Shown here piece by piece: positions 40,553 through 50,667 of a stretch of 64,000 nt of DNA (position 1 is its first letter; each line of letters opens with the position of its first letter). The position numbers were made by a program, and so were the translations under genes. This DNA is from Nitrospirota bacterium (GTDB lineage: Bacteria > Nitrospirota > UBA9217). The stretch lies in the NCBI GenBank assembly GCA_963751455.1, contig CAVVUN010000015.1, positions 64,001 through 128,000 on the forward strand. Reading direction: 5' to 3'. The notes under the pieces are model-generated. The model did no database searches and was not told the origin of the DNA. It was given only the letters and a program-made list of their open reading frames with translations.

Positions 40553-41671
40553 ATGTTCCAGTTTGCAGAAGAAAGGCTGCCTGCGGTCATCAAGGTGATC
40601 GGCGTGGGCGGCGGCGGGAGCAATGCCGTCAGCAGCATGGTTCAATCCGACATCAGGGGCGTGCAGTTCATCATTGTGAATACCGATATGCAGGCTCTGG
40701 AGCTTGCCCGGGCGCCGATCAAACTGCAGATCGGATCCAAGCTTACCTGCGGCAGGGGCGCCGGAGCAAATCCCGATATCGGCAGATCAGCTGCACTCGA
40801 GGACGCGGAAAAGATCAAGGCTGCCATGGCCGGCGCGGATATGGTATTCATTACAGCGGGGATGGGCGGCGGCACCGGAACAGGCGCGGCTCCTGTGATC
40901 GCAGGACTGGCGAGAGAGGTTGGGGCCCTCGCCGTCGGCGTTGTGACCAAACCGTTCAGTTTCGAGGGGATGACCAGGATGCATAAGGCGGAAGAGGGTA
41001 TCGCCGAACTCAAGAAGAGCGTGGACGCTCTCATCGTGATCCCGAATGAACGACTTCTTAATCTTGCTGAAAAGAAAACGACGCTCCTCGAATCCTTCAA
41101 GCTTGCCGACGACGTGCTCGGACAGGCTGTAAAAGGAATTTCAGATGTGGTGATGGTTCCCGGTTATGTGAACGTCGACTTTGCCGACGTCAAAACGGTA
41201 ATGTCCAGCCGCGGTCGCGCAGTCATGGGCACCGGCGTGGCCAAGGGCGAAAACCGCGCCATGGAGGCGGCCCAGAAGGCAATCGCAAGTCCGCTGCTGG
41301 AAGACGGTTCCATCAAAGGCGCCCGCGCCGTGCTTATCAACATAACCGGCGGGAACGACATGGGGATCTACGAGCTGAATGAGGCGTCGGCGATCATCAA
41401 GGAAGAAGTGGACCCGGGAGCGAACATTATTTTCGGCGCAGTGATCAACCCGGTCATGAGCGAGGAGGTAATGGTGACCGTGATTGCTACGGGGTTCGAC
41501 GAAGCGGGCGTCCATGAACGTCTGAAACGGCCGGTCAATCTGAAGGAATACATGAAGGTGGTGGAGAAGCCGAGGCGCAGGCAGGAGACCTTTGAGTTCA
41601 AGAATGACGCTCTCGGCATAGACCATGAAGACCTTGATAAGCCGACCTTTCTCAGGCGGCAGGCGGATTAG
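40553..41671 (+). CDS. ftsZ: Cell division protein FtsZ
   Basis: IKVIGVGGGGSNAV, GGGTGTG, NVDFADV, C-terminal LDKPTFLRRQAD; GGAGGA RBS before 40553. Confidence 0.98.
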   Translation: MFQFAEERLPAVIKVIGVGGGGSNAVSSMVQSDIRGVQFIIVNTDMQALELARAPIKLQIGSKLTCGRGAGANPDIGRSAALEDAEKIKAAMAGADMVFITAGMGGGTGTGAAPVIAGLAREVGALAVGVVTKPFSFEGMTRMHKAEEGIAELKKSVDALIVIPNERLLNLAEKKTTLLESFKLADDVLGQAVKGISDVVMVPGYVNVDFADVKTVMSSRGRAVMGTGVAKGENRAMEAAQKAIASPLLEDGSIKGARAVLINITGGNDMGIYELNEASAIIKEEVDPGANIIFGAVINPVMSEEVMVTVIATGFDEAGVHERLKRPVNLKEYMKVVEKPRRRQETFEFKNDALGIDHEDLDKPTFLRRQAD

Positions 41672-41770
41672 GGCAAAAAAAAACCACAGTAAGCAGGGCC
41701 AGGAGAGGTTCTGCAAAATGTGGTTCGAATAGTTAGAATAAGTGCATCCCGTGGGACGCACACTGTGGTA

Positions 41771-42151
41771 TTAATGGGAGTTGCTGTGTTTATCGGCGCC
41801 GGCCGTTACCGCGGATGTACCCAGTATCGCCATTTTTTCCTTTTCCAGGGACCTGTCCATTCCGAGTCGCGTGTGAGAAAAACCGAGAGGAGTAGGCTCT
41901 TCTTCCCGCTTTACCGAGTTCATGAAGTCGCAGCGCCAGCAGTTGTTCAGTTTCTTTGCATACGTTCCCTGAATCTTTCCGCCGCAAAGCGATCCCGCGA
42001 TTACCCAGCATGCCCGCCCCGCGTTTGTTCCGCCGTGAGAGCCATTTAAATCGCTGTAAACCGTGACCGGGCAAATTCCGAGATCGGCCACCTTATTTCC
42101 GCCCGGCTGACGGCCGCATTTCTTATGCTCCCAACAGTTCGTTTTCGGCAT
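41771..42151 (-). CDS. Cys-rich two-CW-domain-like protein
   Basis: NCWEHKKCGR...CPV...HGGTNAGRACWVIAGSLC...CWRCDF. Confidence 0.7.
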   Translation of the reverse strand: MPKTNCWEHKKCGRQPGGNKVADLGICPVTVYSDLNGSHGGTNAGRACWVIAGSLCGGKIQGTYAKKLNNCWRCDFMNSVKREEEPTPLGFSHTRLGMDRSLEKEKMAILGTSAVTAGADKHSNSH

Positions 42152-42336
42152 ATTCAAATCCCCTTTCGTCGACCTGTTACATCCGTCTCAGATCAGTATA
42201 GCGTTCCTTCTCTAATGTTGCATATCTTTATACCTATCCGGCAAATCGTACGGATACTATACCGATAAAAAAAGCAGGTTGTCAACGAAATAGTTTGAAT
42301 GAAGATCATATTGTAATTAAAAGTTGATAATGTTTT

Positions 42337-43071
42337 TTATATTTCGTTCTTATTGCGCGCCCGCTCGACTTCCGTCATTATTCCCCTGAAAATGCTTAGC
42401 TCTCTCGGATCGATCCGTGACCTGCCGAAGACCTGCCGCAAAGAAGACATCATGAGGTCCGGATGAGCACGATCAAGAAATCCTATATTTTCCAGCGTCC
42501 GCTGCAGCTGTACGTAAAACGCCTCAAGCTGGTCTTCCCGGGCAAGTTCCCGGACTTGAACCAGCCGGCTGTTTCCGGAAGCGAGAAACAGTTCATAAAT
42601 AATGATCAAGACGGCATGTGAAAGATTCAGCGAAGGAAAATCGGGAGAGGACGGAATGTAGACCTGTTCATGGCAAAGGGCCAGATGGTCCTGCTCGAGC
42701 CCGTTCACTTCATTTCCGAACACGAAGCATACCCTGTTCCGGTCGAGCAGGGGAATCACCTCTTCAGCCGTTTCGCGCGGTGTACGGACGTTCCTGCGCC
42801 GCCTGTTCTGATGACGCGACGTTCCTATAACCATGTTCTGGTCGGCCACTGCCTGCCGGAGCGAGTCGAAGACGGCGGCCTTGTCCAGAATTGCCTCCGC
42901 ACCCGCAGCAAGTCTCCGGGCGTCTCCGTTCCTGTCCTTTGGCGGATCAACAAGCACGAGGCGGGATAGTCCCATATTCATCATGCATCGGGCGACCGCG
43001 CCGATGTTTGCCGGAGTTTTCGTGTCAACGAGTACGATGCTGACATGTTCAAGTCGATTGCCTGCTGGCAT
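42337..43071 (-). CDS. SPOUT RNA methyltransferase, TrmJ/LasT family
   Basis: PANIGAVAR.M.NMG, VFGNEVNGL, PSLNLSHAV. Confidence 0.88.
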   Translation of the reverse strand: MPAGNRLEHVSIVLVDTKTPANIGAVARCMMNMGLSRLVLVDPPKDRNGDARRLAAGAEAILDKAAVFDSLRQAVADQNMVIGTSRHQNRRRRNVRTPRETAEEVIPLLDRNRVCFVFGNEVNGLEQDHLALCHEQVYIPSSPDFPSLNLSHAVLIIIYELFLASGNSRLVQVRELAREDQLEAFYVQLQRTLENIGFLDRAHPDLMMSSLRQVFGRSRIDPRELSIFRGIMTEVERARNKNEI

Positions 43072-43296
43072 GATGTCCCCCGTGGAGTAATTTATTCCGG
43101 CTGTTTCCATCCAGCCGTTGTCTATTATAAAGGATGCGGAGCAGAACCCTCAAGCATAATCTTTGTCTAATTCCTGCAATCTCTCTTTAACTATTTCAAC
43201 AATTGTGAAATGAATCAATCCGCAGTTGAATCTTTTCCAGTCACGTATTCATTCCGATTGACAATCACCATATGTACTGCTAAAGTGTTCAGAATT

Positions 43297-44070
43297 ATGA
43301 GCATCCTGGCGATATCGCTCCAGTCCGGCAGCAACGGCAACTGCATTTATGTGGAGTCCTGCGGCGTGAAACTCCTGTTCGACGCGGGCATTTCCGGGGT
43401 GCAGGCTGAAGAGCGGCTGGCAGCGCACGGCCGCGATATCCGGAAAGTGGATGCTGTCATTATTTCTCATGACCACGGAGATCATATTCGGCATGCAGGC
43501 ATCTTCCAGCGCAAATATGGCCTTCCCCTTTATGTTACACCCGCCACGCTCGCGGCAGCTTCGAGCCGGACCACCCTGGGGAAGCTCAAAGACGTGCGCC
43601 ATTTTCGCTCGAGCGACAAACTGAAGTTCGGCGATGTTCTCGTCCATGCCGTTCCCACGCCCCATGACGGCGTTGATGGAGCAGTGTTTATCATTGAAGC
43701 AGGTTCAAAGCGGCTCGGAATCCTGACCGACCTCGGCCATGTCTTTCAGGGACTGATACATCTCGTATCCTCACTCGATGCGGTGTTCCTCGAGAGTAAT
43801 TACGACGAAGATATGCTCGCCGCTGGACCGTATCCCCATTATTTGAAGCAGCGAATCAGGGGACCGAAAGGACACCTCTCCAACAAGGAGGCGGCCGAGC
43901 TTCTCCGCCGGGCAATCGAATCGAAGCGCCTTAAGTGGGCCTGCCTTTCGCACCTTTCGGAGCAGAACAACCATCCCGACCTGGCTCTCAAGACCCACCG
44001 TGCGGTCGTGACCGACATGACGCTCTATACCGCGGACCGCTACAGGGTCTCCAACATTTTTACGGTATAA
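43297..44070 (+). CDS. MBL-fold metallohydrolase (YycJ/WalJ-like)
   Basis: SGSNGNC, SHDHGDH, LESNYD, GHLSN, HLSEQNN. Confidence 0.9.
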   Translation: MSILAISLQSGSNGNCIYVESCGVKLLFDAGISGVQAEERLAAHGRDIRKVDAVIISHDHGDHIRHAGIFQRKYGLPLYVTPATLAAASSRTTLGKLKDVRHFRSSDKLKFGDVLVHAVPTPHDGVDGAVFIIEAGSKRLGILTDLGHVFQGLIHLVSSLDAVFLESNYDEDMLAAGPYPHYLKQRIRGPKGHLSNKEAAELLRRAIESKRLKWACLSHLSEQNNHPDLALKTHRAVVTDMTLYTADRYRVSNIFTV

Positions 44071-44128
44071 TAGGCCGGTCACTGTGCAGATGGACCAGAA
44101 GTTATTCTCTTTTTGAAAGGAAGGACGC

Positions 44129-45037
44129 ATGGGAGTTCTTGACAGTATCGGAAATACGCCGCTCGTGAAACTCGAAAGGCTGAACACGAATCCGTCGGTC
44201 AATATCTTTGCGAAACTCGAAGGCAATAATCCCGGGGGATCGGTCAAAGACCGTATCGCCCATTTCATGATCAAAGAAGCTGAAAAGACGGGACGGATAA
44301 AAAAGGGAGACACGGTACTCGAAGCGACCTCCGGGAACACCGGAATCGGTCTGGCCATGGTCAGCGCTGCTCTCGGATACAAGGTCATACTCGTAATGCC
44401 GGCATGCGTCAGCCTCGAACGCCGGAAGATCCTCGAAGCCTTCGGCGCCGAATTGATTCTCAGTCCGGGCGAGCAGGGTACGGACGGTGCGATCAAGCTT
44501 TGCCGCAAAATGCATGAAGACGCGCCAGATAAATACTTCATGCCGAACCAGTTCGACAATCCCGCAAATATTCTCGCGCACTATGAGACCACCGGACCGG
44601 AAATCATAGAGCAGACGAAGGGCACGATCACCGCCTTTGTCGCCGGAATGGGCACGACCGGAACGCTGATGGGCGCCGGAAAACGCCTGAAGGAATTCAA
44701 CGCAAATATCAGGATCATAGGGATAGAGCCCCCTCTCGGGCACAAAATCCAGGGCCTCAAGAACATGCAGGAATCGATCGTTCCAAGAATTTACAATCCC
44801 TCCTTCCCTGACGAGATTGTTAATGTGAACGACAATGATGCCTTTGCCACAACGCGCCGGCTCGCTCTCGAGGAAGGCATTTTCGCGGGGATGAGCAGCG
44901 GCGCAGCGGTCTTCGGAGCTCTCGTCGTTGCCGCACGGCTCCGGCAGGGAACTGTAGTTGTTATTCTTCCCGACCGGGGGGACCGGTACCTGAGCACCGC
45001 CCTGTTTACCTCTGTCTGCGCAAAATGTCCGCCGTGA
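44129..45037 (+). CDS. cysM: Cysteine synthase (CysM/CysK family)
   Basis: IGNTPLV, NPGGSVKDR, EATSGNTG, GMGTTGT, GMSSGA, PDRGDRYLS. Confidence 0.9.
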   Translation: MGVLDSIGNTPLVKLERLNTNPSVNIFAKLEGNNPGGSVKDRIAHFMIKEAEKTGRIKKGDTVLEATSGNTGIGLAMVSAALGYKVILVMPACVSLERRKILEAFGAELILSPGEQGTDGAIKLCRKMHEDAPDKYFMPNQFDNPANILAHYETTGPEIIEQTKGTITAFVAGMGTTGTLMGAGKRLKEFNANIRIIGIEPPLGHKIQGLKNMQESIVPRIYNPSFPDEIVNVNDNDAFATTRRLALEEGIFAGMSSGAAVFGALVVAARLRQGTVVVILPDRGDRYLSTALFTSVCAKCPP

Positions 45038-45080
45038 TAAGCGAATGTCACTCCGCACGTCATTGAAGTCAAAAGCGGTC

Positions 45081-45168
45081 ACCGCGAAGGCGCTAAGGTC
45101 GCAAAGGGAAAACCTTAATTCGAATTTTTAGATCAATAAAAACTTCGCGTCCTTTGCGGCTTAGCGGT
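45081..45168. repeat. Periodic IR element, CGCGAAGG family
   Basis: ACCGCGAAGGCGCTAAGGTCGCAAAG ... CTTCGCGTCCTTTGCGGCTTAGCGGT. Confidence 0.78.
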
Positions 45169-45266
45169 TCAAGATTTTGGCTTTACCTCTTGGTCTGAGC
45201 CTGCCTTGGTCATACTTAACCCCTAAATTGCTTTGCGCAACTCTTTCCAGAATAGTATAATCACGT

Positions 45267-46989
45267 ATGTCTCGGAAACTGAAAGAAAAAGCTGATGCCG
45301 TGCTTGCTACCGAGCGCGGTACTATTCATAAAGCGCGCGGGGCCGACGTCAGCATCGCGCTTGCCTACCCGAATACCTATCACGTCGGCATGTCGAATCT
45401 CGGAGTCCATCAGATATACTCGGTTCTGAACGCCCGGCCGGACACGGTCTGCGAACGGGTTTTTTTGCCTGATGATGAAGATATCGAGGAATATCGAAAG
45501 ACGGGTACAAAACTCTTCACGCTTGAGAGCAAGCGGCCCGTAAAGGACTTTGACGTACTCGCCTTTTCGGTCTCTTTTGAACAGGATTACCTGAATATTC
45601 TTCAGATACTCGACCTCTCCGGCATTCCCATCGATAAAAAAGACAGGACAGAGGACGATCCGCTTGTTATGCTCGGGGGCATCTGCTCCTTCTTTAACCC
45701 GGAGCCGCTCGCGGACTTCTTCGACGTGATTCTTGTCGGCGAGGGTGAAGAGATGGCTGGAGAATTCGTCGATGTTTATAGAAAGACCGACTCAAAAAAC
45801 CGGGAGGACGTGCTGCGGGCTGCAAGCATTGTTCCTGGTGTTTATGTTCCGGATTTTTATGATGTCATCTACGAAGGAAATATAATCAGAGCGGAAGAAA
45901 CGTGAAGCTTCGGCCCCTGACAGCATCACAAAACGCACTGTCAAGGACTTCAACCGGACGCCGGCGGCCAGCGTGATCCTGACTCCTGACACCGAATTCA
46001 GCGACATGTATCTTTCTGAGATAACGCGCGGATGCGGACGGCATTGCCGTTTTTGCATGGCAGGATACATCTATCTTCCTCCCCGGAATCTGAATATTGA
46101 GAGAGCAAAAGAACAAGCGGGAAAGGCAGACGATATTTGCGGGAAAATCGGCCTTGTTGGCGCGGCGCTGTCGGATTATCCAGACATAGTCGAGATGTGC
46201 GCCGCGATAGAGGGAGGGGTTTCAGTTTCGTCGCTCAGGGCGGATTCCGTGGGCGAGGCGTTGATTGACCGGCTGGCAAAGAGCGGTCATAAGACCATCT
46301 CCATAGCGCCGGAGGCGGGATCGGAACGGCTCAGGAAAGTGATCAACAAGGGAGTAACCGAGGAAGATATTCTTCGGGCTGCGGACATGATCTTCAGACA
46401 CGGCATACCAAACTTGAAGCTCTATTTCATTCTGGGCCTGCCCACCGAGACGCAGGAAGACGTAGAGGCAATCGGTTCGCTGGCCCGTAAAGTTAGGGAA
46501 GTTCAGCTCAAGCATGCAAGAGCCGCAGGGAAGATCGGCAGGATTACGCTCTCGGTTAATTCATTCGTTCCAAAGCCGTTTACGCCGTTCCAGTGGGAGC
46601 CCATGGAAGCCGTGGATCTTCTCAACAGGAAGATGCGCTTCCTCAAAAAGCAGGTCCGGAACATAGGCAATATGAATCTGATCCACGATCTTCCAAAATG
46701 GGCATATATCCAGGCGCTGCTTTCCCGCGGCGACCGCCGCGTTGGAGCGCTGATCCGCGTTGCTTTCGAGAAGCAAGGTGACTGGAAAGCAGCCGCTCGC
46801 GAGTTGGGCCTTGACATGGACGCTTACGTTCTGAGACGCCGCGATTTCAGCGAGGCGCTGCCCTGGGATTTTATTGACATCGGTGTGAGGAAAGATTATC
46901 TTAGAAACGAATACGAGCGGGCGCTGGAAGGCAAATTCACGCCGGTCTGCAGAGTAGGCTCGTGCAAGACGTGCGGAGTGTGTAAATAA
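45267..46989 (+). CDS. Radical SAM protein (B12-binding-like N-terminus), one frameshift at ~45890
   Basis: YPNTYHVGMSNLG...CERVF; EITRGCGRHCRFC; APEAGSERLR; FVPKPFTPFQW. Confidence 0.85.
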
Positions 46990-47031
46990 AATGGTTCTTA
47001 ATGAGCCCGATTTTGATAGATTCGTAAATGA

Positions 47032-47121
47032 TCTCTGTCTCACACAAAGACACGAAGGCACGAAGAAAAAATGAATTTCAGGTCTGTTCTCTGTGGCTTT
47101 GTGACTTCGTGTGAAAACAGA
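47032..47121. repeat. Periodic IR element, CACGAAG family
   Basis: TCTGTCTCACACAAAGACACGAAGGCACGAAG ... CTTTGTGACTTCGTGTGAAAACAGA. Confidence 0.78.
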
Positions 47122-47172
47122 TTTCTTAAGATTTTTTATCAAAATTGAAATCAGCATCGATGGGTCATATAC

Positions 47173-47928
47173 ATGAAAGAGGATGCACATCAGGTTGGAA
47201 TAAGCATAGCGATTCCCGCGCTCGACAAACTGGGCATGATACAATATGCCTTTACGACCCGGCAGAACGGCCTTGGAGCACGGATCCACGGGATAAAACA
47301 GGCTGACGATTGGAAGCCGGTTGCGGAGCAGTTCGGCATCAATTCGGACCGGCTGGTTACCGTAAACCAGGTTCACGGAGAGACGGTCGTTCACGTTGAA
47401 GGCTCCAACTATAAAAGCATGCGGTCCACGGAAGCAGATGCGATTATCACCGGTGAACGTGGACTTGCGATCGGCATTGAAACAGCCGACTGTGTACCGG
47501 TCCTGCTCGTCGATCCGGTAAAACCGGCGGTCGGCGCTGTTCATGCCGGCTGGCGAAGCACTGTCGGGAAGATCGTGCAGAAGGCCGTCGTAAAGATGCA
47601 GAACGAGTTCGGCTCCGATCCTGAGCGGATCATTGCGGCAATCGGACCGGCAATTTGTCCCGAGTGCTATGAGGTGGATGAGCCAGTGATGGGGCCGTTA
47701 AGGGAAACCTTTTCATTTTGGGAAGAAATCGCGTCATCTCGCTGGAATGGCCGTTGGAGTCTGGATTTAGCTAAATTAAACCGGATTGAGCTTATACAAG
47801 CAGGGCTCTCCGAAATCAACGTTTATTCCTTCGGATTGTGCACCTGCTGCATGTCGGACTTGTTTTATTCATTCAGGCGCGAAGGCCGGACCGGCAGGAT
47901 GCTGTCGGTGGTGATGATAAAATCTTAA
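47173..47928 (+). CDS. pgeF: Peptidoglycan editing factor / purine nucleoside phosphorylase PgeF (YfiH)
   Basis: QVHG, TADCVPVL, HAGWR, IGPAI, FYSFRRE. Confidence 0.92.
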   Translation: MKEDAHQVGISIAIPALDKLGMIQYAFTTRQNGLGARIHGIKQADDWKPVAEQFGINSDRLVTVNQVHGETVVHVEGSNYKSMRSTEADAIITGERGLAIGIETADCVPVLLVDPVKPAVGAVHAGWRSTVGKIVQKAVVKMQNEFGSDPERIIAAIGPAICPECYEVDEPVMGPLRETFSFWEEIASSRWNGRWSLDLAKLNRIELIQAGLSEINVYSFGLCTCCMSDLFYSFRREGRTGRMLSVVMIKS

Positions 47929-47937
47929 AGCCTCTTT

Positions 47938-48038
47938 TCTCGCAAAGGCGCAATGGTCGCAAAGAAAAGCAAAAGAAATGGATCTTTATAAAATATCTTT
48001 AAAAGTCTTTCTTGACGTTCTTTGCGAGCTTTGCGAGA
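47938..48038. repeat. Periodic IR element, CGCAAAG family
   Basis: TCTCGCAAAGGCGCAATGGTCGCAAAG ... CTTTGCGAGCTTTGCGAGA. Confidence 0.72.
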
Positions 48039-48049
48039 GATGAATTTTT

Positions 48050-48763
48050 ATGTCGATAGCGGACAACCTCAAGACGGTAACAGACAGGATCGCATCGGCA
48101 GCCAGGCGCTCAGGCCGGGACCCCTCGTCCGTGAAGCTGGTTGTGGTTACCAAGACTGTTGATGTTGACAGGATCCGCGAGGCAGTAGCAGCAGGTGGCA
48201 TGCTCCTGGGTGAAAACCGTGTCCAGGAAGCAAAGGACAAGATCGAAAAACTCGGACGGCTTGCCTCCTGGCACCTGATCGGGCATCTCCAGACGAACAA
48301 GGCAAAGTATGCGGTAAAGCTCTTTGACGTGATTCATTCCGTTGACAATATCGGCCTGGCTAAGGAAATAGACGTGCAAGCGGCCAGGATAAACAAGGTC
48401 CAGGATGTCCTGATCGAGATAAGCATTGCCGGAGAGGCGAGTAAGGCGGGGGTGGCGGCAGACCAGGCGCTGTACCTGGTGGCAGAAGCCGCAAAACTGA
48501 AGCACATTTCTATCAAGGGCTTAATGACCATGCCGCCCTTTTCGGACAACCCGGAAAACTCGCGTCCGTATTTCAGGAAATTGAAAGAATTGACAAGGCA
48601 GATCGGGAAAGAGAATCTCCCGGGTGTTTCCATGGATGAGCTTTCAATGGGAATGAGCGGCGATTTCGAGGTCGCCATAGAAGAAGGGGCGACCTTGGTG
48701 CGCGTGGGTACGGCGATATTTGGGGAGAGGTCAGGACATATGCAAAGTGAAAATTGCATCTAA
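48050..48763 (+). CDS. yggS: PLP homeostasis protein YggS
   Basis: VVVTK, GENRVQE, WHLIGHLQTNK, LSMGMSGDF, VRVGTAIFG. Confidence 0.96.
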   Translation: MSIADNLKTVTDRIASAARRSGRDPSSVKLVVVTKTVDVDRIREAVAAGGMLLGENRVQEAKDKIEKLGRLASWHLIGHLQTNKAKYAVKLFDVIHSVDNIGLAKEIDVQAARINKVQDVLIEISIAGEASKAGVAADQALYLVAEAAKLKHISIKGLMTMPPFSDNPENSRPYFRKLKELTRQIGKENLPGVSMDELSMGMSGDFEVAIEEGATLVRVGTAIFGERSGHMQSENCI

Positions 48764-48907
48764 AACCGTCTCTGTCTCACACAAAGACACTAAGGCACGA
48801 AGGGATGCCAGAAACAAATTATTTTCTTTGTGTCTTCGTGGCTCCGTGTGAATACCATATTTTGATTCATCTTTTCAATTTGCACTTTGCGATCTGCTAT
48901 TTGCAAT
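48740..48907. repeat. 7-mer IR element with a nested CACGAAG-family element (48769-48851)
   Basis: Outer ATGCAAAGTGAAAATTGCA / TTTTCAATTTGCACTTTGC..TTTGCAAT; inner element starts almost identically to 47032. Confidence 0.7.
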
Positions 48908-48931
48908 AAAAATGATCTCCGTGGAGGACCT

Positions 48932-49744
48932 ATGTCGTTAGATAAAAAGATCGCATTCCTTGGCGGCGGCAACATGGCGGAAGCCTTGCTTAAAGGCCTG
49001 ATCGCCGCGGGTACGGCCAAACCTGATCAGGTTCTCGTGTCCGATATCTTTCCCGACCGGCTGGAGCATCTGCGGAAGACGTATGGTATTATAATACAAC
49101 GGAACAATATTGATGCTGCCCGCGAGGCCGGGATAGTGCTTCTGAGCGTTAAGCCCCAGGTCATCGAAAAAGTGATGACCGAGATAGCGCCGGCAATGGA
49201 CGATACAAAGCTCGTGATCTCGATTGCCGCCGGAGTAACGATCGGCCGGATGGAAAAGGCGCTTGGGGAGAAAACGCGCGTAGTCCGCGTTATGCCGAAC
49301 ACTCCGGCGCTCGTAATGGCAGGAGCAGCGGGTATCGCAGCGGGAAAGAACGCAAACTCTGACGATATCTCCCTGGTCCAGCTGATATTCAGCTCGGTCG
49401 GGCGGTCCGTGGTCGTAGACGAAAAGCTGATGGATGCGGTTACCGGGCTTTCAGGCAGCGGGCCTGCCTACGTATTTATGATCATTGATGCGCTTTCGGA
49501 TGCCGGGGTAAAGGAAGGGCTCCCTCGCGCCCTGGCTTTAGAACTTGCCGCGCAGACTGTATACGGTTCCGCGAAGATGGTGCTCGAGACGAAAGAGCAT
49601 CCCGGAAAACTGAGGGACATGGTTACCTCACCCGGCGGAACGACCATTGAAGGTTTGCATGCGCTCGAAAAAGGGAAACTGCGCGCCACGCTTATGAACG
49701 CAGTTGAGGCGGCTACGGCAAGGAGCAAGGAACTGGGAAAGTAA
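48932..49744 (+). CDS. proC: Pyrroline-5-carboxylate reductase
   Basis: FLGGGNMA, VKPQ, RVMPNTP, SGSGPAY, VTSPGGTT. Confidence 0.97.
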   Translation: MSLDKKIAFLGGGNMAEALLKGLIAAGTAKPDQVLVSDIFPDRLEHLRKTYGIIIQRNNIDAAREAGIVLLSVKPQVIEKVMTEIAPAMDDTKLVISIAAGVTIGRMEKALGEKTRVVRVMPNTPALVMAGAAGIAAGKNANSDDISLVQLIFSSVGRSVVVDEKLMDAVTGLSGSGPAYVFMIIDALSDAGVKEGLPRALALELAAQTVYGSAKMVLETKEHPGKLRDMVTSPGGTTIEGLHALEKGKLRATLMNAVEAATARSKELGK

Positions 49745-49746
49745 GA

Positions 49747-50293
49747 AACCGACAGACAAGCGACGTGAAGCGACGGAACCGACGTGTAACAGAGAGGCGA
49801 GCATTGGGGAACATTCAGAGCCATAAAGATCTGCACGTATGGCAGGATGCAATGGATGGAGCCATGGAGATTTATGCCATTACCAAAGCATTTCCCCCTG
49901 ACGAGAAGTATTCTCTTGTGGACCAAATCCGGAGATCGTCTCGGTCGGTTGCTGCGAATCTTGCCGAAGCGTGGAGAAAGCGAAGATATGAGGCAGCATT
50001 TAAGAGCAAGTTGAATGATGCAGAAGCAGAAGCGTCCGAAACGCAAACATGGATAGAAGTAGCGCTTCGGTGTTCTTATATTGACAAGCAAACTGCAGAT
50101 AAACTGGATCAGAAATACGAGCATATTCTGACGAGGTTAGTTTCCATGAGTCGGGATGTCGGGAATTGGACGCTGTAATGAAAATCGACAAGTATCGAGT
50201 TGAAGCGACGAAGATTCGACGTAAAGGCGACTGGCTCGCGGCATGTCGTTGTCAGGTCGGTGCAAGTCATCTCTAGTCGATTTTACGTCGGCT
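49747..50293. repeat. CGAC/GTCG periodic IR element enclosing the four-helix-bundle gene
   Basis: CGAC at 49750, 49761, 49771, 49780; CGAC/CGAG at 50186, 50196, 50206, 50217, 50228; GTCG/GTCA at 50245, 50256, 50266, 50276, 50287. Confidence 0.7.
49804..50178 (+). CDS. Four-helix-bundle protein (TIGR02436 / 23S rRNA IVP family, Avd-like)
   Basis: KDLHVWQ.AM...IY.ITK.FP.DEKYSL.DQIRRSSRSVAANLAEA...EASETQTW; TTG start inferred from GAGAGG. Confidence 0.9.
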   Translation: MGNIQSHKDLHVWQDAMDGAMEIYAITKAFPPDEKYSLVDQIRRSSRSVAANLAEAWRKRRYEAAFKSKLNDAEAEASETQTWIEVALRCSYIDKQTADKLDQKYEHILTRLVSMSRDVGNWTL

Positions 50294-50310
50294 TTACAAA
50301 GGGAGGATCA

Positions 50311-50610
50311 ATGTTTGTCTTCGGAAATATAATTTTGGGAATTGCAAAGGTTCTTGATGTTGCATTGAACATCTATCTTTGGGTCATTATTATTCGGGCC
50401 CTTATCTCATGGGTGAATCCTGATCAATTTAATCCCATCGTGCAGTTTCTTCAGCGGTCAACTGAACCGGTGCTTCGTCCGATCAGAAAGCTTGCGCCGC
50501 CTTATAAGGTCGGAATAGATCTATCACCGCTGATCGCGATTCTTATCATTTACTTTTTACAATATGCAGTCGTGAACACACTGTATCGTATTGGCCGCTC
50601 GATGGGGTAG
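50311..50610 (+). CDS. yggT: YggT family membrane protein
   Basis: ALISWVNPD..NPIV.FL...TEPVL.PIR...IDLSPLI. Confidence 0.93.
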   Translation: MFVFGNIILGIAKVLDVALNIYLWVIIIRALISWVNPDQFNPIVQFLQRSTEPVLRPIRKLAPPYKVGIDLSPLIAILIIYFLQYAVVNTLYRIGRSMG

Positions 50611-50667
50611 GCCAGGCATAATGGCCGCAAAGGGGCACAAAAAACGCCAGAAAAAGACGAACGGTAG

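Noticed and set aside
45880-45975. Programmed frameshift in the radical SAM gene
   Set aside because: No slippery heptamer; loss of one AG in an AGAG run restores the frame, so a sequencing error or simple mutation is likelier.
49804-50178. Diversity-generating retroelement (Avd-like gene)
   Set aside because: No reverse transcriptase and no TR/VR pair with adenine-specific mismatches seen in the window.
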